IMG/VR virus record: IMGVR_UViG_3300023174_000040
Coordinates: 248,001 to 312,000 of that record
Strand: one strand, 5' to 3'
Length of the DNA: 64,000 bases
The translations under genes and the position numbers were made by a program. The notes below the pieces were generated by a model that saw only the letters and a program-made list of their open reading frames with translations, was not told where the DNA came from and did not search any database. Positions 50,566-60,283 of the stretch are shown here, piece after piece (the stretch's first letter is position 1; each line of letters opens with the position of its first letter).

Positions 50566-51434
50566 AGTAGATAGAAGAAGTTTACGATCCACTCATATAC
50601 AGAGGAATGAATCGTATAAAATAGTCCGTCACTTTAACAGCAGTTCCTATAGGTCTCCTCTACCATTGGATGTTTTTCATCCACCGTTTTACCTATATGT
50701 GACAGTCGTAGTCCGTTCGCCACTCATATTTCTTTTAAAGCTAAACTACCCACAAAATATCACCTGTTACCAGTGACCCCTTTGGTGGTTGATCTAACAA
50801 TATCTGGATTTACTCGTACCGAACATTCACCACAACACTCTCATTTGTTTAACGTGTTTGAGCCAACACGTCGTTTCTAGGGTTGTTTTTGCTTTTCAGC
50901 ACCCAGACTCAATATCACTATTCACCGTCGCCACGGTTGCTCCATAATAAAATAGAGGGGTTGTTAAAGACACTGCCAGTCTCCTTAACTTATCCCGTGA
51001 TACTAAGAGGACCGCTACATTTGATTTCAGTGGGATAGTCTTTCTCAAGACTAATGCGTTCCCAAATTCCTCAACGTCGTTAGTTCTGACTTCTTGTCTT
51101 TAAAAATTATTTCTAATTTTTAAATTTATACAAGTCAAACATCCTCTTACCGAAGCCCACCACAAAGTTCCGACAAAAAATCCCCCTTGATTTTTTAGTT
51201 CAAGGTTTCTTCTTTATCGTATACTACCTCTTTTTGCCTCTCAGCAAACTAGTAATATCCCAACCCTTCTTTTCACGGATTAGGCTTTTGAGATCGTGGA
51301 AGCATTTCTGTTTCCATCGATTGTCCTTGTGGCTTAATTTTTTCGCCAACACATTTCAGTGCTAGCAAGGACTTTGTTTCAAATTGTCAAAGAGCAAGTT
51401 TTTTCTTCAACTCATCATTTCCGACGTCGTTGAT
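50528..51434 (-). ncRNA. Large (~0.9 kb) highly structured non-coding RNA; GOLLD/ROOL-class or a new class
   Basis: No ORF of 60 aa or more; promoter and terminator bracket it; many GNRA/UUCG hairpins and G-U pairs valid only on minus strand. Confidence 0.8.
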
Positions 51435-51440
51435 GGGCTC

Positions 51441-51468
51441 AGTATAGCGACTCCTTGAACCCTCGCAA
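51441..51468 (-). promoter_or_regulatory. Sigma70-like promoter of the large RNA
   Basis: TTGCGA-16 nt-TATACT on minus strand. Confidence 0.7.
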
Positions 51469-51742
51469 GCCCCTATCCAAAAATTTTTTTGAGCCTATTT
51501 TTACGGGTAATTTTGCACTTTTCTTTTTTTTATTTAAAGTTTTTAAAATTTTTTCTTTGGCAAAAGAAGATAATTTTTTTTTTAAAAAAAATCAGCGGTT
51601 CTAGGGCAAATCACAGTCTTCACCGTAGTTGTTAACGTTGAAGCTGGGTCTCCATCGCCGTGGGTTCTAATTTTAGATTACTGAACATATTTTTCCTTAA
51701 TTATGTATAGATATATATGTTATTTAATAAAAAGGAATTAAA

Positions 51743-52198
51743 ATGGCAGATATAAAAATATCAGAATTACCATTGGGCTCAGCAAATAAAGATGCAGTTG
51801 TACCAGCAACAAATGCCGCAGGAACACTAACAGAAAAAATAAAATTAGGAGATATTGCATCTCTCTATAAGCCTACAGTGGTAGACCTAGGCGCCGACAC
51901 ATCCATATCAATAAACGCCAGTTCCGGTGACATATTCGACGTAGATGTGGACAACAACGTGACAATAAGCAACCCGACCTGGACGGGCAGTGCCGTCGAC
52001 GGAAAAACCATCAAGATAAGAATGAATTGGATAGATGCGGGATATACACTAATATTAGGCAATAAATTCGCACTACCAGACGGAGCAACAGATCCTCTTC
52101 CGGTTAGCGAAGTCACAGGAAAGACCGATCTGTTTGCGGCCACTTATCATGCCGGCAGAGACAAGTGGGACGTTGTGGCCTTTATCCCGGGATACTAA
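51743..52198 (+). CDS. Tail-fibre-associated protein
   Basis: MADIKISELP N-terminus typical of fibre proteins; AAGGA RBS. Confidence 0.55.
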   Translation: MADIKISELPLGSANKDAVVPATNAAGTLTEKIKLGDIASLYKPTVVDLGADTSISINASSGDIFDVDVDNNVTISNPTWTGSAVDGKTIKIRMNWIDAGYTLILGNKFALPDGATDPLPVSEVTGKTDLFAATYHAGRDKWDVVAFIPGY

Positions 52199-52205
52199 TT
52201 ATTTT

Positions 52206-54983
52206 ATGGCAACTCTTTATTATAACAACGCCGTTGGAAACGAAGACTGGTCGACGCTGGGAAACTGGTGGCTTGATGATTCTTTCTCTACCCCCGCAAC
52301 CCAGCTTCCAACAAGCAGTGATGATGTGGAGATATACGAATCGCTGACAAGTAATTCAGGAAGCGTGCCCACTGTCAACAATCTGACAAACAACTCGGAA
52401 AACTATAAAGGTCTTCAAACGTCGGTGATTGTTCTTGGAACTGCGACCTTCAATGGTCATAGCTTTGGTGGGTATGTCGCTGGCCTTCTCCCCACCATAA
52501 CCGGGAATGCAGTCTTCAACGATTATTCTATGGCAAGCGATTTTCGTATTCATGGAAAAGTCACATTCAATGACTATTCAGTCGCAGAAGCAAACTTAAA
52601 TGATGGAGACGACTGGGATCTAGAGGTCGTATTCAATGATTATAGCAGAAAAACGGCGGCTATCCACTCGTCGGGCGTTGTCACATTCAATGATTATAGT
52701 CGTAATATTAATGGAACTATTAATGGTGGTTTGATTATATTCAATGATAACTCAACCAATGCACAAGATTTAACAGCAGAACAATCAACAGTAAATGCGA
52801 TTTTCAACGACTATTCGTATAACACGGGAACAATATCAGAAAACACAGTTTTCAATGATTATTCAAAAAATTATGATGGAGTGATATACGTAGACTCAAA
52901 TAGTGGAGATAATAATAACGACATATCCACACCACAAAGTCCATATAACACAATTCAAAAAGGATTTGTGACTGCGTATCACTTGGTTCCAAAATTAACA
53001 ACCGTAGACGGGGTAAAATGTGCTAGTTTCAATGGATCAACAGATTACTTAAATGTTCTTCCTGTGCAAGGAGCAAACATACAGGAAACTTTTACTGTGG
53101 AATTTTGGTTCTATATGAAAAGCGAAACAAGTGGAATCTACACCCTTCTGAGCAACTTGTTTAATCAAGGATCTAATTCACAAACTCATCCATTATGGAA
53201 GGTAAATATCTGCACAAGGACTTATTTGGGCTTTGCAGACGCTCCCGGCGGCAATGTAATTTCTGTTTCTGGGAAGGTCGTCGCTTCGGATCCCTCAGTT
53301 GTAGGAAATACCTTCTCCAACATAGAGTTAAATGAATGGACTCATTTTGCAATGGTTGCAGATGGAGGAGTGTTTAAGATATACTTAAATGGAAATTTAG
53401 AATCAACACATAATTTTACTGGGGGCTATTCTTTTGGAATTGATGAGGGTGATGATCTTAGAAGCGGATTAGATATAGGCTACGATTATGATAATGGCGA
53501 TTTTTTTGACGGATACATAAGCGGAATAAGAATATTCAACGACGCCGCAGTCTACACAAGTACGTTCACGCCCAGTTCCCCGGATGATTTTGGATCCACG
53601 GTAGGATTACACACAGCCAGCTTTCTGTGGAATTTTGACACTCCCAAGAATTATCTGATAGATGTTAAGGCCTTGGATCCCCAAGACGATGTCTGGAGCG
53701 CAGACGCTGGACCAGGCAGAAATCACGGGGAAGCCACAGAGTGGCCAAACAATATAGCGTTAAGAGGCAATAATACCAACGCAGATGGATCACCATGGAA
53801 AGAAGTAATAATATCAGAAGAAGATCTTCAATATGCCACCGAAGCGGCAGGCGCAAATTTGCTCTCGGATGGATTCACAACAGATGGAACTTCGAATGGA
53901 AAAATTAATTTTATTGGAGCAACCAATCTAGAAAATAAATTTTTACTTAACAATTCGAATACATTCTCAAATAATAGTTTGCAAGGAGTTTACATTGTAG
54001 AGTGGGCCGAAGGGAGCACATCCAAAAAAAGTCGGGCGTATTTGAGTTTTACATCGGGGCCAAATAATATAAGCGTGCGTCCTACAAATGACCAATACGG
54101 CATCATTAACTTGGCAGGGACATGGAAACTGCCGGCCAAATTTAAACCGGCTTCATCCATGGGCAATATAAATTTCAGTGGACGGGACGCAGTGTGGGAT
54201 TACGCCGAAGATGTGGCAATAACAACATCAACCAATGGAAGAAAAATAGACATACTAACGTACGGAGAAGTTATCATAGGCGATATTTCTTCCAACGGGG
54301 GCGGGAGGGACGGAGGCGCAGGCCCGGGGAGTGGCGGAGAAGTAAGGATCAACAACGTGATGGCGGACAACATCAACGTCAACGGAGGGGACGGAGCTAA
54401 CTTCGACCCATTCTTTTTGACACAAGGAGGCGGGGGAAATTTCACAGGAATAAATTCAAACGTCAAGGACATACATTTGAATCCCGGAACAGGGGGCTAT
54501 GCACAAGATGGAGGAGACATAATCCTCATAGGATCCAAGGCCAAAAACATCTATTCGCACGGAGGACTGAGCGCCGACTGCGGCGGCGGCGGAAGTGGCG
54601 GCGACCTTTTCATGCTGAACAGCACGGTGGGTGAGGTAGCATGCTACGGCTACCCAGGCGACGGGTGCGGGTCGGGTGGAAGTAATGGAGGATACGCAAC
54701 AATAATAAACAGCACGGTGGATTGGCTAAGACTAAACGGAGCGAGCGACGGCACTTCTTACGGGCAAGGCGGAAATGCGGTGGTCATAGACAGCAGCATC
54801 ATGCTTGCGGACGTAACCAACTTCGGGCTTCCAAGTGAAATGTGTAATGACATATATGGCCACCCATGTGAATCTGAGCAAATTCCGGGCTATGTCGTGG
54901 CTCCCAACCATGATTACGACGGCTCAATAAAGACACACACGACAAAGAAGCAGGCAATAAACGGACCAGGATTCCTCGGATAA
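52206..54983 (+). CDS. Fibre/receptor-binding-like protein: FNDYS beta-helix repeats, LamG-like domain, Gly-rich C-terminus
   Basis: About 7 (V/A)xFNDxS repeats; FTVEFWF...EWTHFAMV...IYLNG...GYISGIRI. Confidence 0.65.
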   Translation: MATLYYNNAVGNEDWSTLGNWWLDDSFSTPATQLPTSSDDVEIYESLTSNSGSVPTVNNLTNNSENYKGLQTSVIVLGTATFNGHSFGGYVAGLLPTITGNAVFNDYSMASDFRIHGKVTFNDYSVAEANLNDGDDWDLEVVFNDYSRKTAAIHSSGVVTFNDYSRNINGTINGGLIIFNDNSTNAQDLTAEQSTVNAIFNDYSYNTGTISENTVFNDYSKNYDGVIYVDSNSGDNNNDISTPQSPYNTIQKGFVTAYHLVPKLTTVDGVKCASFNGSTDYLNVLPVQGANIQETFTVEFWFYMKSETSGIYTLLSNLFNQGSNSQTHPLWKVNICTRTYLGFADAPGGNVISVSGKVVASDPSVVGNTFSNIELNEWTHFAMVADGGVFKIYLNGNLESTHNFTGGYSFGIDEGDDLRSGLDIGYDYDNGDFFDGYISGIRIFNDAAVYTSTFTPSSPDDFGSTVGLHTASFLWNFDTPKNYLIDVKALDPQDDVWSADAGPGRNHGEATEWPNNIALRGNNTNADGSPWKEVIISEEDLQYATEAAGANLLSDGFTTDGTSNGKINFIGATNLENKFLLNNSNTFSNNSLQGVYIVEWAEGSTSKKSRAYLSFTSGPNNISVRPTNDQYGIINLAGTWKLPAKFKPASSMGNINFSGRDAVWDYAEDVAITTSTNGRKIDILTYGEVIIGDISSNGGGRDGGAGPGSGGEVRINNVMADNINVNGGDGANFDPFFLTQGGGGNFTGINSNVKDIHLNPGTGGYAQDGGDIILIGSKAKNIYSHGGLSADCGGGGSGGDLFMLNSTVGEVACYGYPGDGCGSGGSNGGYATIINSTVDWLRLNGASDGTSYGQGGNAVVIDSSIMLADVTNFGLPSEMCNDIYGHPCESEQIPGYVVAPNHDYDGSIKTHTTKKQAINGPGFLG

Positions 54984-54995
54984 AAAGGACAAAAC

Positions 54996-55268
54996 ATGAT
55001 CAAATTCGACCCGCCACTAGAAGTGCAAGTAAAAGGAAAGAAAATAAATGTGAGCGAGCTGCCCCTTGTGGTAATTGACATTCAAAAAACCAAAGTATGC
55101 AAGGCGCAATCCTCCCGTTTCTACAAGACATTGACCTTGTGGGAAGGGGCGTCTTACGACGCCATAGGAAACTACACACAGGAGCAAGCGGAGGCCAGAT
55201 ACCTAGAACTGCTCGGTAGCAAACCAGCAAAAGAACTCGCAAAACTATACGTAGAACCAACCAAATAA
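54996..55268 (+). CDS. Small protein, possible fibre chaperone (paralog of 59255)
   Basis: LWEGASYDAIGNYTQEQAEARYLELLG. Confidence 0.55.
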   Translation: MIKFDPPLEVQVKGKKINVSELPLVVIDIQKTKVCKAQSSRFYKTLTLWEGASYDAIGNYTQEQAEARYLELLGSKPAKELAKLYVEPTK

Positions 55269-55278
55269 AGTAAAAAAA

Positions 55279-58200
55279 ATGGCAAACCTAGAGCAATACA
55301 CACCGATATACATAAAATCAAGCGGCAACGACTCCACAGGGGATGGAAGTAGTGGCAATCCATACCTAACGGCCCAGAAGGCGTTTGAAGTCGCCTATGC
55401 GGGAACGGGACTCAAAGTCCTTGATTTCACGGAGGGAAATTTCGGAGGCGTTAATCTAAATGGATTCAGCGATTGGCCCTCAAGGATTGCTGTTCGTGGG
55501 GTAGACAGTCAATCAAGCGTTTTGGGAGGTATAATAGGGGCTTCAAAAAAAATAAGCATAATAAGCGACAAAACCGTTGAAATCGGAGAAATAAGTGGCG
55601 GATCGACCGTGCTAACGGACTGCAAGGCCGGCAAAGTAAATTCGGCATCAATAAGTTTGATAGACTCTGATGTGGTGGGATTAAACTCATCAAGAACCTC
55701 CTGCTCCGGAAAGGCCAAGGGGCTCGGCGGAGGAAACATACTTGGCCCGAGCAGGACGGAAAAGGTCTCCTTGCTCCTGCACATGGGTGGCAGCAGGGAA
55801 AACATTGCAACATTCACCGATTATTCCATTGACACCAAGAATATAAAAGTCAAGGGAAATACAAGGATCATAACTGGAGTTTATACATGTAACGGATCCA
55901 GCTGGCCACATTGCGGATATTTCCCGCCGCCGGCTCAGCAGTCCTGCTTCTTCGACGGGAATGGAAGCTACCTTGAGACGAAGGAAGAAAAGGACTTCGG
56001 ATTCGGAAGGGGAGACTTCACAATAGAGTCTAAAATATACATCCCATACGACAGCTGGGGCACCACGGGAACAATATTCAACCTGGGCGGGGGAATAAAA
56101 CTCAGGACCTATGGCGCAGAAAGCCTGGTGATAGACGGAGAAACATACAACTGGTATCCAGGGGATAACATTCCCATCGACCAGGAAGTCCATGTCGCAA
56201 TGACAAGGAAGGGCGGAGAATTCAACATATTCGTTAACGGAGAAAGGGTCTTCCAGCTCACCGGGGTCTCGGTGGACCTTGGAAGATCCAACATTCTGAG
56301 GATAGGGGCCGGGGAAGAGGACGGAATGGAAGCCTTTTATTTGTACGGATACCTCAGGGAGTTCAGGGTCGTAAAGGGAAGGGCGGTATACAGTGGTGAA
56401 TTCCTCCCGCCAACTGAAGCACTTTCCGTGATCGTTGAAGACCACCCATCCTTGGATTCAAGGACGCTCTACTTCAACAACATCGCCAACGACAACAGTT
56501 GGACCAACCTTAATAACTGGTGGTCGGACGAGGCTTGTACCGTGCACAGCAGTTCCTTGCCGGGGGAGCACGACAAGGTGGTGGTCAGGGGTGCGGCATT
56601 CGACGGCATAAACGTAACCGTTCGCAAATTGACCATGTTTGCTGACGGGAATATCCCATCGCACACATCATTCAAAAACTCAACCATAAACGCACGTAAC
56701 GGAATATTTGCAATCACGACAGGTGCGGGATATGTTGAGTCTGGGGGGTCGGGGTTTGCGAGCACATGCGCATTGAACGGGAACGTGTTCTTCTTTGAGA
56801 GTGATGCAACCCAAGGCACGATGAGCGCACAGGTCGACGGAAACCTTACGGTGGGAGGTTGCGATGTCGGGGTAAACGTATATGTAAGCGGAAGCGTGAT
56901 AGTCAAGGGCGACTGTACGAACTTTGGACATGTGGGAAAAAATCTTATAGTTGAACTGGGAGGGTTCGGAAACGGAAACGGTGCGGTACATCCCACAATT
57001 GAAGGCAACGCAATTTTCATTGGCGGCAGGGGACTCGTGGCCACGGCCGATGGGTCGCCCAGCCCTGGCAATTGGGGGGCGATCAATGGGAATGCCGAAT
57101 TTTATCTGGGGGCTGTGAACGCAGGAAACGTATATGGAAAAGCATATTTTCACGACAGTTCGAACGGAGGAACATTGCACAATGGTGCGACCTTCGTAAG
57201 CACCGTAGGTGGGGCTGCGATGAATTGGCTTCGTGATGAAAACGGCGAAGGAAGCGGCGCCTTTGGACTCATAAACGGAACCACAAAAATATACGGCGCC
57301 GGCTACGTTGGGGGCTCCGGAAGTTTCTTTGATGACGTCCACCTGTACGACGGCGTGATCCTAACAAATACATTCAAGCCTCCACTCATAGAAGGCAACA
57401 TATATTGCCACGACAATTCAACGCTGGGAAGCGTAGCATGCCCTAGCGATGTGTATTTCTACGACAACTCCCACGGCAACATGAGCTACAGCCCGGGGCT
57501 TAATTCAGACTGGCTGCTCGCCACTTACGGAACACCAGACTGGGAGGGATGGAGCGAAGGCCAGTATCGTCCGATCAACGGATATGATCCACCCAACCTG
57601 AGGTCGGACTTCTACGTTGGTAGCTGCGCCCTCTACGGGAATTCAACCCTTGGAGACTTCCTCGTCCTTAACGACCTGACGCTCAACGGCGAAAGCGGAA
57701 TGACCCAGTACAACGTGACTGCCACAACAGGCGGAGATCAAGGTCTACGCCACGGGGTTCTCGAAAGCGGAACGAGGGTCGAGGGAAGGATAATATGCAA
57801 CACCACCGGGGACTGCTACCCAGACATACTGAGCCTCACGGTGAACGCAGGCCATACGGGGTACAAGACGTTCATAGTGGGTGGATGCTCATATGTAAAT
57901 GTAAAAATTAATGGAAACATATCAACCATAGAAGGCAGCTCGGTAGATTTGAGCTACATAATAAATCAATTTGAACTGACGGGTTTTCTAAACATAACCA
58001 TTCAACCATGTAGTATGGATGGGAATCCTACTTGGGAACGAATAACATCGTTCATTACCTACCAAGCCCTGAACTTCATCACGGGAGTGGGAAGCCTTAG
58101 GGGCATGAACAGAATCGGCACATTAGATCTTATCAACATTCAAAACCCAGAACTGGATGTGTTGAGCCTGAAGTCGCTTCAAACACTGAATCTGTCGGGG

Positions 58201-58563
58201 CCAAACATAGCAAGCGTGAACGTAAGCGGACTAAGGAACCTGAGCTACATAGACATTTCAAACAATGGCGGGACCCCGTCCCTAGAGTCGGTTTTGGCCT
58301 ATGGCTTCGGAACATGGGCGGGATACAATGGAAAGGCAAATTTCCGCATAATATACGGTTATGACAACAATATGGATATGACTGCGTGGGTGGAATTCTT
58401 TGAGTCTCTGGGCGATGGCACCGCCGGCGGAAGTAAGAATTACATCAATGCGTTGACAAGCGGATGCACGGTACAAGATGCAATCAACTATATGATAAAC
58501 AACCACGTCTCCTGGGAGATGGGCGACGTGGGATGGTATATAGAAACGGGGAGCGACTGCTAA
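55279..58563 (+). CDS. Large fibre/receptor-binding-like protein with LamG-like, beta-helix and LRR-like segments
   Basis: GDFTIE...HVAMTR...IFVNG...LREFRV; LQTLNLS/LSYIDIS LRR-like. Confidence 0.65.
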   Translation: MANLEQYTPIYIKSSGNDSTGDGSSGNPYLTAQKAFEVAYAGTGLKVLDFTEGNFGGVNLNGFSDWPSRIAVRGVDSQSSVLGGIIGASKKISIISDKTVEIGEISGGSTVLTDCKAGKVNSASISLIDSDVVGLNSSRTSCSGKAKGLGGGNILGPSRTEKVSLLLHMGGSRENIATFTDYSIDTKNIKVKGNTRIITGVYTCNGSSWPHCGYFPPPAQQSCFFDGNGSYLETKEEKDFGFGRGDFTIESKIYIPYDSWGTTGTIFNLGGGIKLRTYGAESLVIDGETYNWYPGDNIPIDQEVHVAMTRKGGEFNIFVNGERVFQLTGVSVDLGRSNILRIGAGEEDGMEAFYLYGYLREFRVVKGRAVYSGEFLPPTEALSVIVEDHPSLDSRTLYFNNIANDNSWTNLNNWWSDEACTVHSSSLPGEHDKVVVRGAAFDGINVTVRKLTMFADGNIPSHTSFKNSTINARNGIFAITTGAGYVESGGSGFASTCALNGNVFFFESDATQGTMSAQVDGNLTVGGCDVGVNVYVSGSVIVKGDCTNFGHVGKNLIVELGGFGNGNGAVHPTIEGNAIFIGGRGLVATADGSPSPGNWGAINGNAEFYLGAVNAGNVYGKAYFHDSSNGGTLHNGATFVSTVGGAAMNWLRDENGEGSGAFGLINGTTKIYGAGYVGGSGSFFDDVHLYDGVILTNTFKPPLIEGNIYCHDNSTLGSVACPSDVYFYDNSHGNMSYSPGLNSDWLLATYGTPDWEGWSEGQYRPINGYDPPNLRSDFYVGSCALYGNSTLGDFLVLNDLTLNGESGMTQYNVTATTGGDQGLRHGVLESGTRVEGRIICNTTGDCYPDILSLTVNAGHTGYKTFIVGGCSYVNVKINGNISTIEGSSVDLSYIINQFELTGFLNITIQPCSMDGNPTWERITSFITYQALNFITGVGSLRGMNRIGTLDLINIQNPELDVLSLKSLQTLNLSGPNIASVNVSGLRNLSYIDISNNGGTPSLESVLAYGFGTWAGYNGKANFRIIYGYDNNMDMTAWVEFFESLGDGTAGGSKNYINALTSGCTVQDAINYMINNHVSWEMGDVGWYIETGSDC

Positions 58564-59252
58564 TGAACTACTTCAAGACACCAAGCAACAAATACCTCGC
58601 CTTTATCCCTAGGTCGGGAAGCACAAGTTTCGCAAGGGCCATAGTAACCCAATTCTATCCGGAACTCCTTCCGAGGCTCGAGAAAAAACATCCTAACAAA
58701 ACGGATCCAAAGCCCCAGTTCATCTGCCCGTCCAGCAGCTTTCCTGACGGGGACGCCTATGCCCTCATAAGGGACCCGGTGGAAAGGTTCAGGAGCGGAT
58801 TTTCAAGGGCAAATTTCGGAAGGACCGTGGACGAGGTGATAGAAGACCTTTTCAAGGGCGAATGCATAATGAACGTTCACATCGAACCGCAGAGCAACAG
58901 GATAAAACACCAAAAGGACATAAAGTGCTTCAAGTTCCCAGAGGGAATAAACGCACTTTCGGAGGCACTTGGGATGACGCCACCCGAGCAGGAAAATGAA
59001 AGCGAGGACGGCGAGAAGCCGAATCTCACGCAGAAGCAAATAGACAATTTAAGAAAATACTATTTTAAGGACGTGGAACTGTATGAGAATGCGAGTGTAG
59101 AATACACACCAACCACAACAGAACCAACCACAACAGAACCAACCACAACAGAACCAACCACAACAGAACCAACCACAACAGAACCAACCACAACAGAACC
59201 AACAAACATTAATGATGAAGTGGATATGCCCAGATTATTTAAAGGAAAATAA
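58563..59252 (+). CDS. Sulfotransferase (Sulfotransfer_2-like) with PTTTE tail
   Basis: IPRSGSTS (5'-PSB), IRDPVERFRSG (3'-PB), HIEPQS, YYFKDVELY. Confidence 0.75.
   Translation: MNYFKTPSNKYLAFIPRSGSTSFARAIVTQFYPELLPRLEKKHPNKTDPKPQFICPSSSFPDGDAYALIRDPVERFRSGFSRANFGRTVDEVIEDLFKGECIMNVHIEPQSNRIKHQKDIKCFKFPEGINALSEALGMTPPEQENESEDGEKPNLTQKQIDNLRKYYFKDVELYENASVEYTPTTTEPTTTEPTTTEPTTTEPTTTEPTTTEPTNINDEVDMPRLFKGK
59109..59198 (+). repeat. Perfect 15-nt tandem repeat CCAACCACAACAGAA x6 (PTTTE)
   Basis: Read directly from sequence. Confidence 0.95.
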
Positions 59253-59254
59253 AA

Positions 59255-59545
59255 ATGAAACTACAAAATCCAATCACAATAAACATGCCCGACGTAGTGT
59301 TAAAAAATGGAAGAAAAAGAAGTATTCCTCCTTTAGTTTTAAAAGAATTAAATATTACAATAATTGATAATGAAAATCAAAAAATAGCTAAGGCATCAAT
59401 ACCTCCACTTAAAAAACAAATAGTGTTATGGGAAAATGATTCCTATACTACTGCTGGTGATTATACTCAAGCACAAGTTGAAGCAAGATTATTGGAAATA
59501 TTGGGCGATAACCCAACAGTAGTTTTAGAGAATTATTTTAAATAA
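59255..59545 (+). CDS. Small protein, paralog of 54996
   Basis: LWENDSYTTAGDYTQAQVEARLLEILG. Confidence 0.6.
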   Translation: MKLQNPITINMPDVVLKNGRKRSIPPLVLKELNITIIDNENQKIAKASIPPLKKQIVLWENDSYTTAGDYTQAQVEARLLEILGDNPTVVLENYFK

Positions 59546-59547
59546 TA

Positions 59548-60222
59548 TTAAAAATAATTATAGAGATTTATAACACCATTTTTAACAGTCAAATAATTGC
59601 AAGGTAATTCCGTCCAACTTCCGCTATTATAATAACCTGTGTGGGGTTTAGAGTTTGCATAATGCACATGTCCGCAACAAACAACATTGCAGCCTATTTT
59701 CTTCATATGTTCAATAGACTTTTTTTCTATGATCTCAGCATTTCTCATAAAAGTTTTACTACTTTTTTTTGCAAGCTTTGCAAGATAAAAACTTTTATCT
59801 ATTTTTTGTATCAATTTATAAATTTTATCAGCAAAGTAAACTAACATTGGTTGATTGGATATCACGCTATCGAATCGGTCTCCATGGAGAACAAGTATCT
59901 TTTTATCTCCACTATAAAGAATATATTCTTCTAAAAATTCCACTCCTAATAAATGAGATATAACTTCTGCTGGCCCGTCATGATTTCCTGCTACCCAAAT
60001 TATATTAACTTTTTTTGAAAGTTTTCTTATGTAAGATAAAACCCTCCAGTGACTTTTCTTTAATTTTCTAAAGTCCCAACTATCGAATAAATCTCCATTT
60101 AAAATAATAGATTTTGTAGGATTCGTTCCATCCTCAATCGTAGCAAAAAAACTTATCAATTTTTTAGCTTGACAGACATCACTGCCTAAATGAATATCGC
60201 TTATTATAATCGCATCATTCAT
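59548..60222 (-). CDS. LpxH-like (UDP-2,3-diacylglucosamine hydrolase family) metallophosphoesterase
   Basis: SDIHLG, LNGDLFD, GNHD, LHGDRFD, CGHVH, NSGSW. Confidence 0.8.
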   Translation of the reverse strand: MNDAIIISDIHLGSDVCQAKKLISFFATIEDGTNPTKSIILNGDLFDSWDFRKLKKSHWRVLSYIRKLSKKVNIIWVAGNHDGPAEVISHLLGVEFLEEYILYSGDKKILVLHGDRFDSVISNQPMLVYFADKIYKLIQKIDKSFYLAKLAKKSSKTFMRNAEIIEKKSIEHMKKIGCNVVCCGHVHYANSKPHTGYYNSGSWTELPCNYLTVKNGVINLYNYF

Positions 60223-60283
60223 ATAAGTAGATATTAATAATTTTGTTATTTTTTATGTTTGAATTTTTAATATATAAAGTACT

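Noticed and set aside
50528-51434. tmRNA, RNase P RNA or group I/II intron identity for the large RNA
   Set aside because: No tRNA-like ends, no GAGGAAAGUCC, no group II domain V, and it does not interrupt a gene
51603-51660. c-di-GMP-I riboswitch (AGGGCAAA)
   Set aside because: No GAAA tetraloop/receptor or P2 consensus follows
55466-58506. Multiple long minus-strand ORFs up to 251 aa
   Set aside because: Antisense shadows of the Gly-rich, GC-richer plus-strand fibre gene; no RBS or recognisable motifs
51743-59545. Diversity-generating retroelement acting on fibre genes
   Set aside because: No reverse transcriptase and no adenine-mismatched TR/VR pair noticed by eye; cannot exclude elements outside the window
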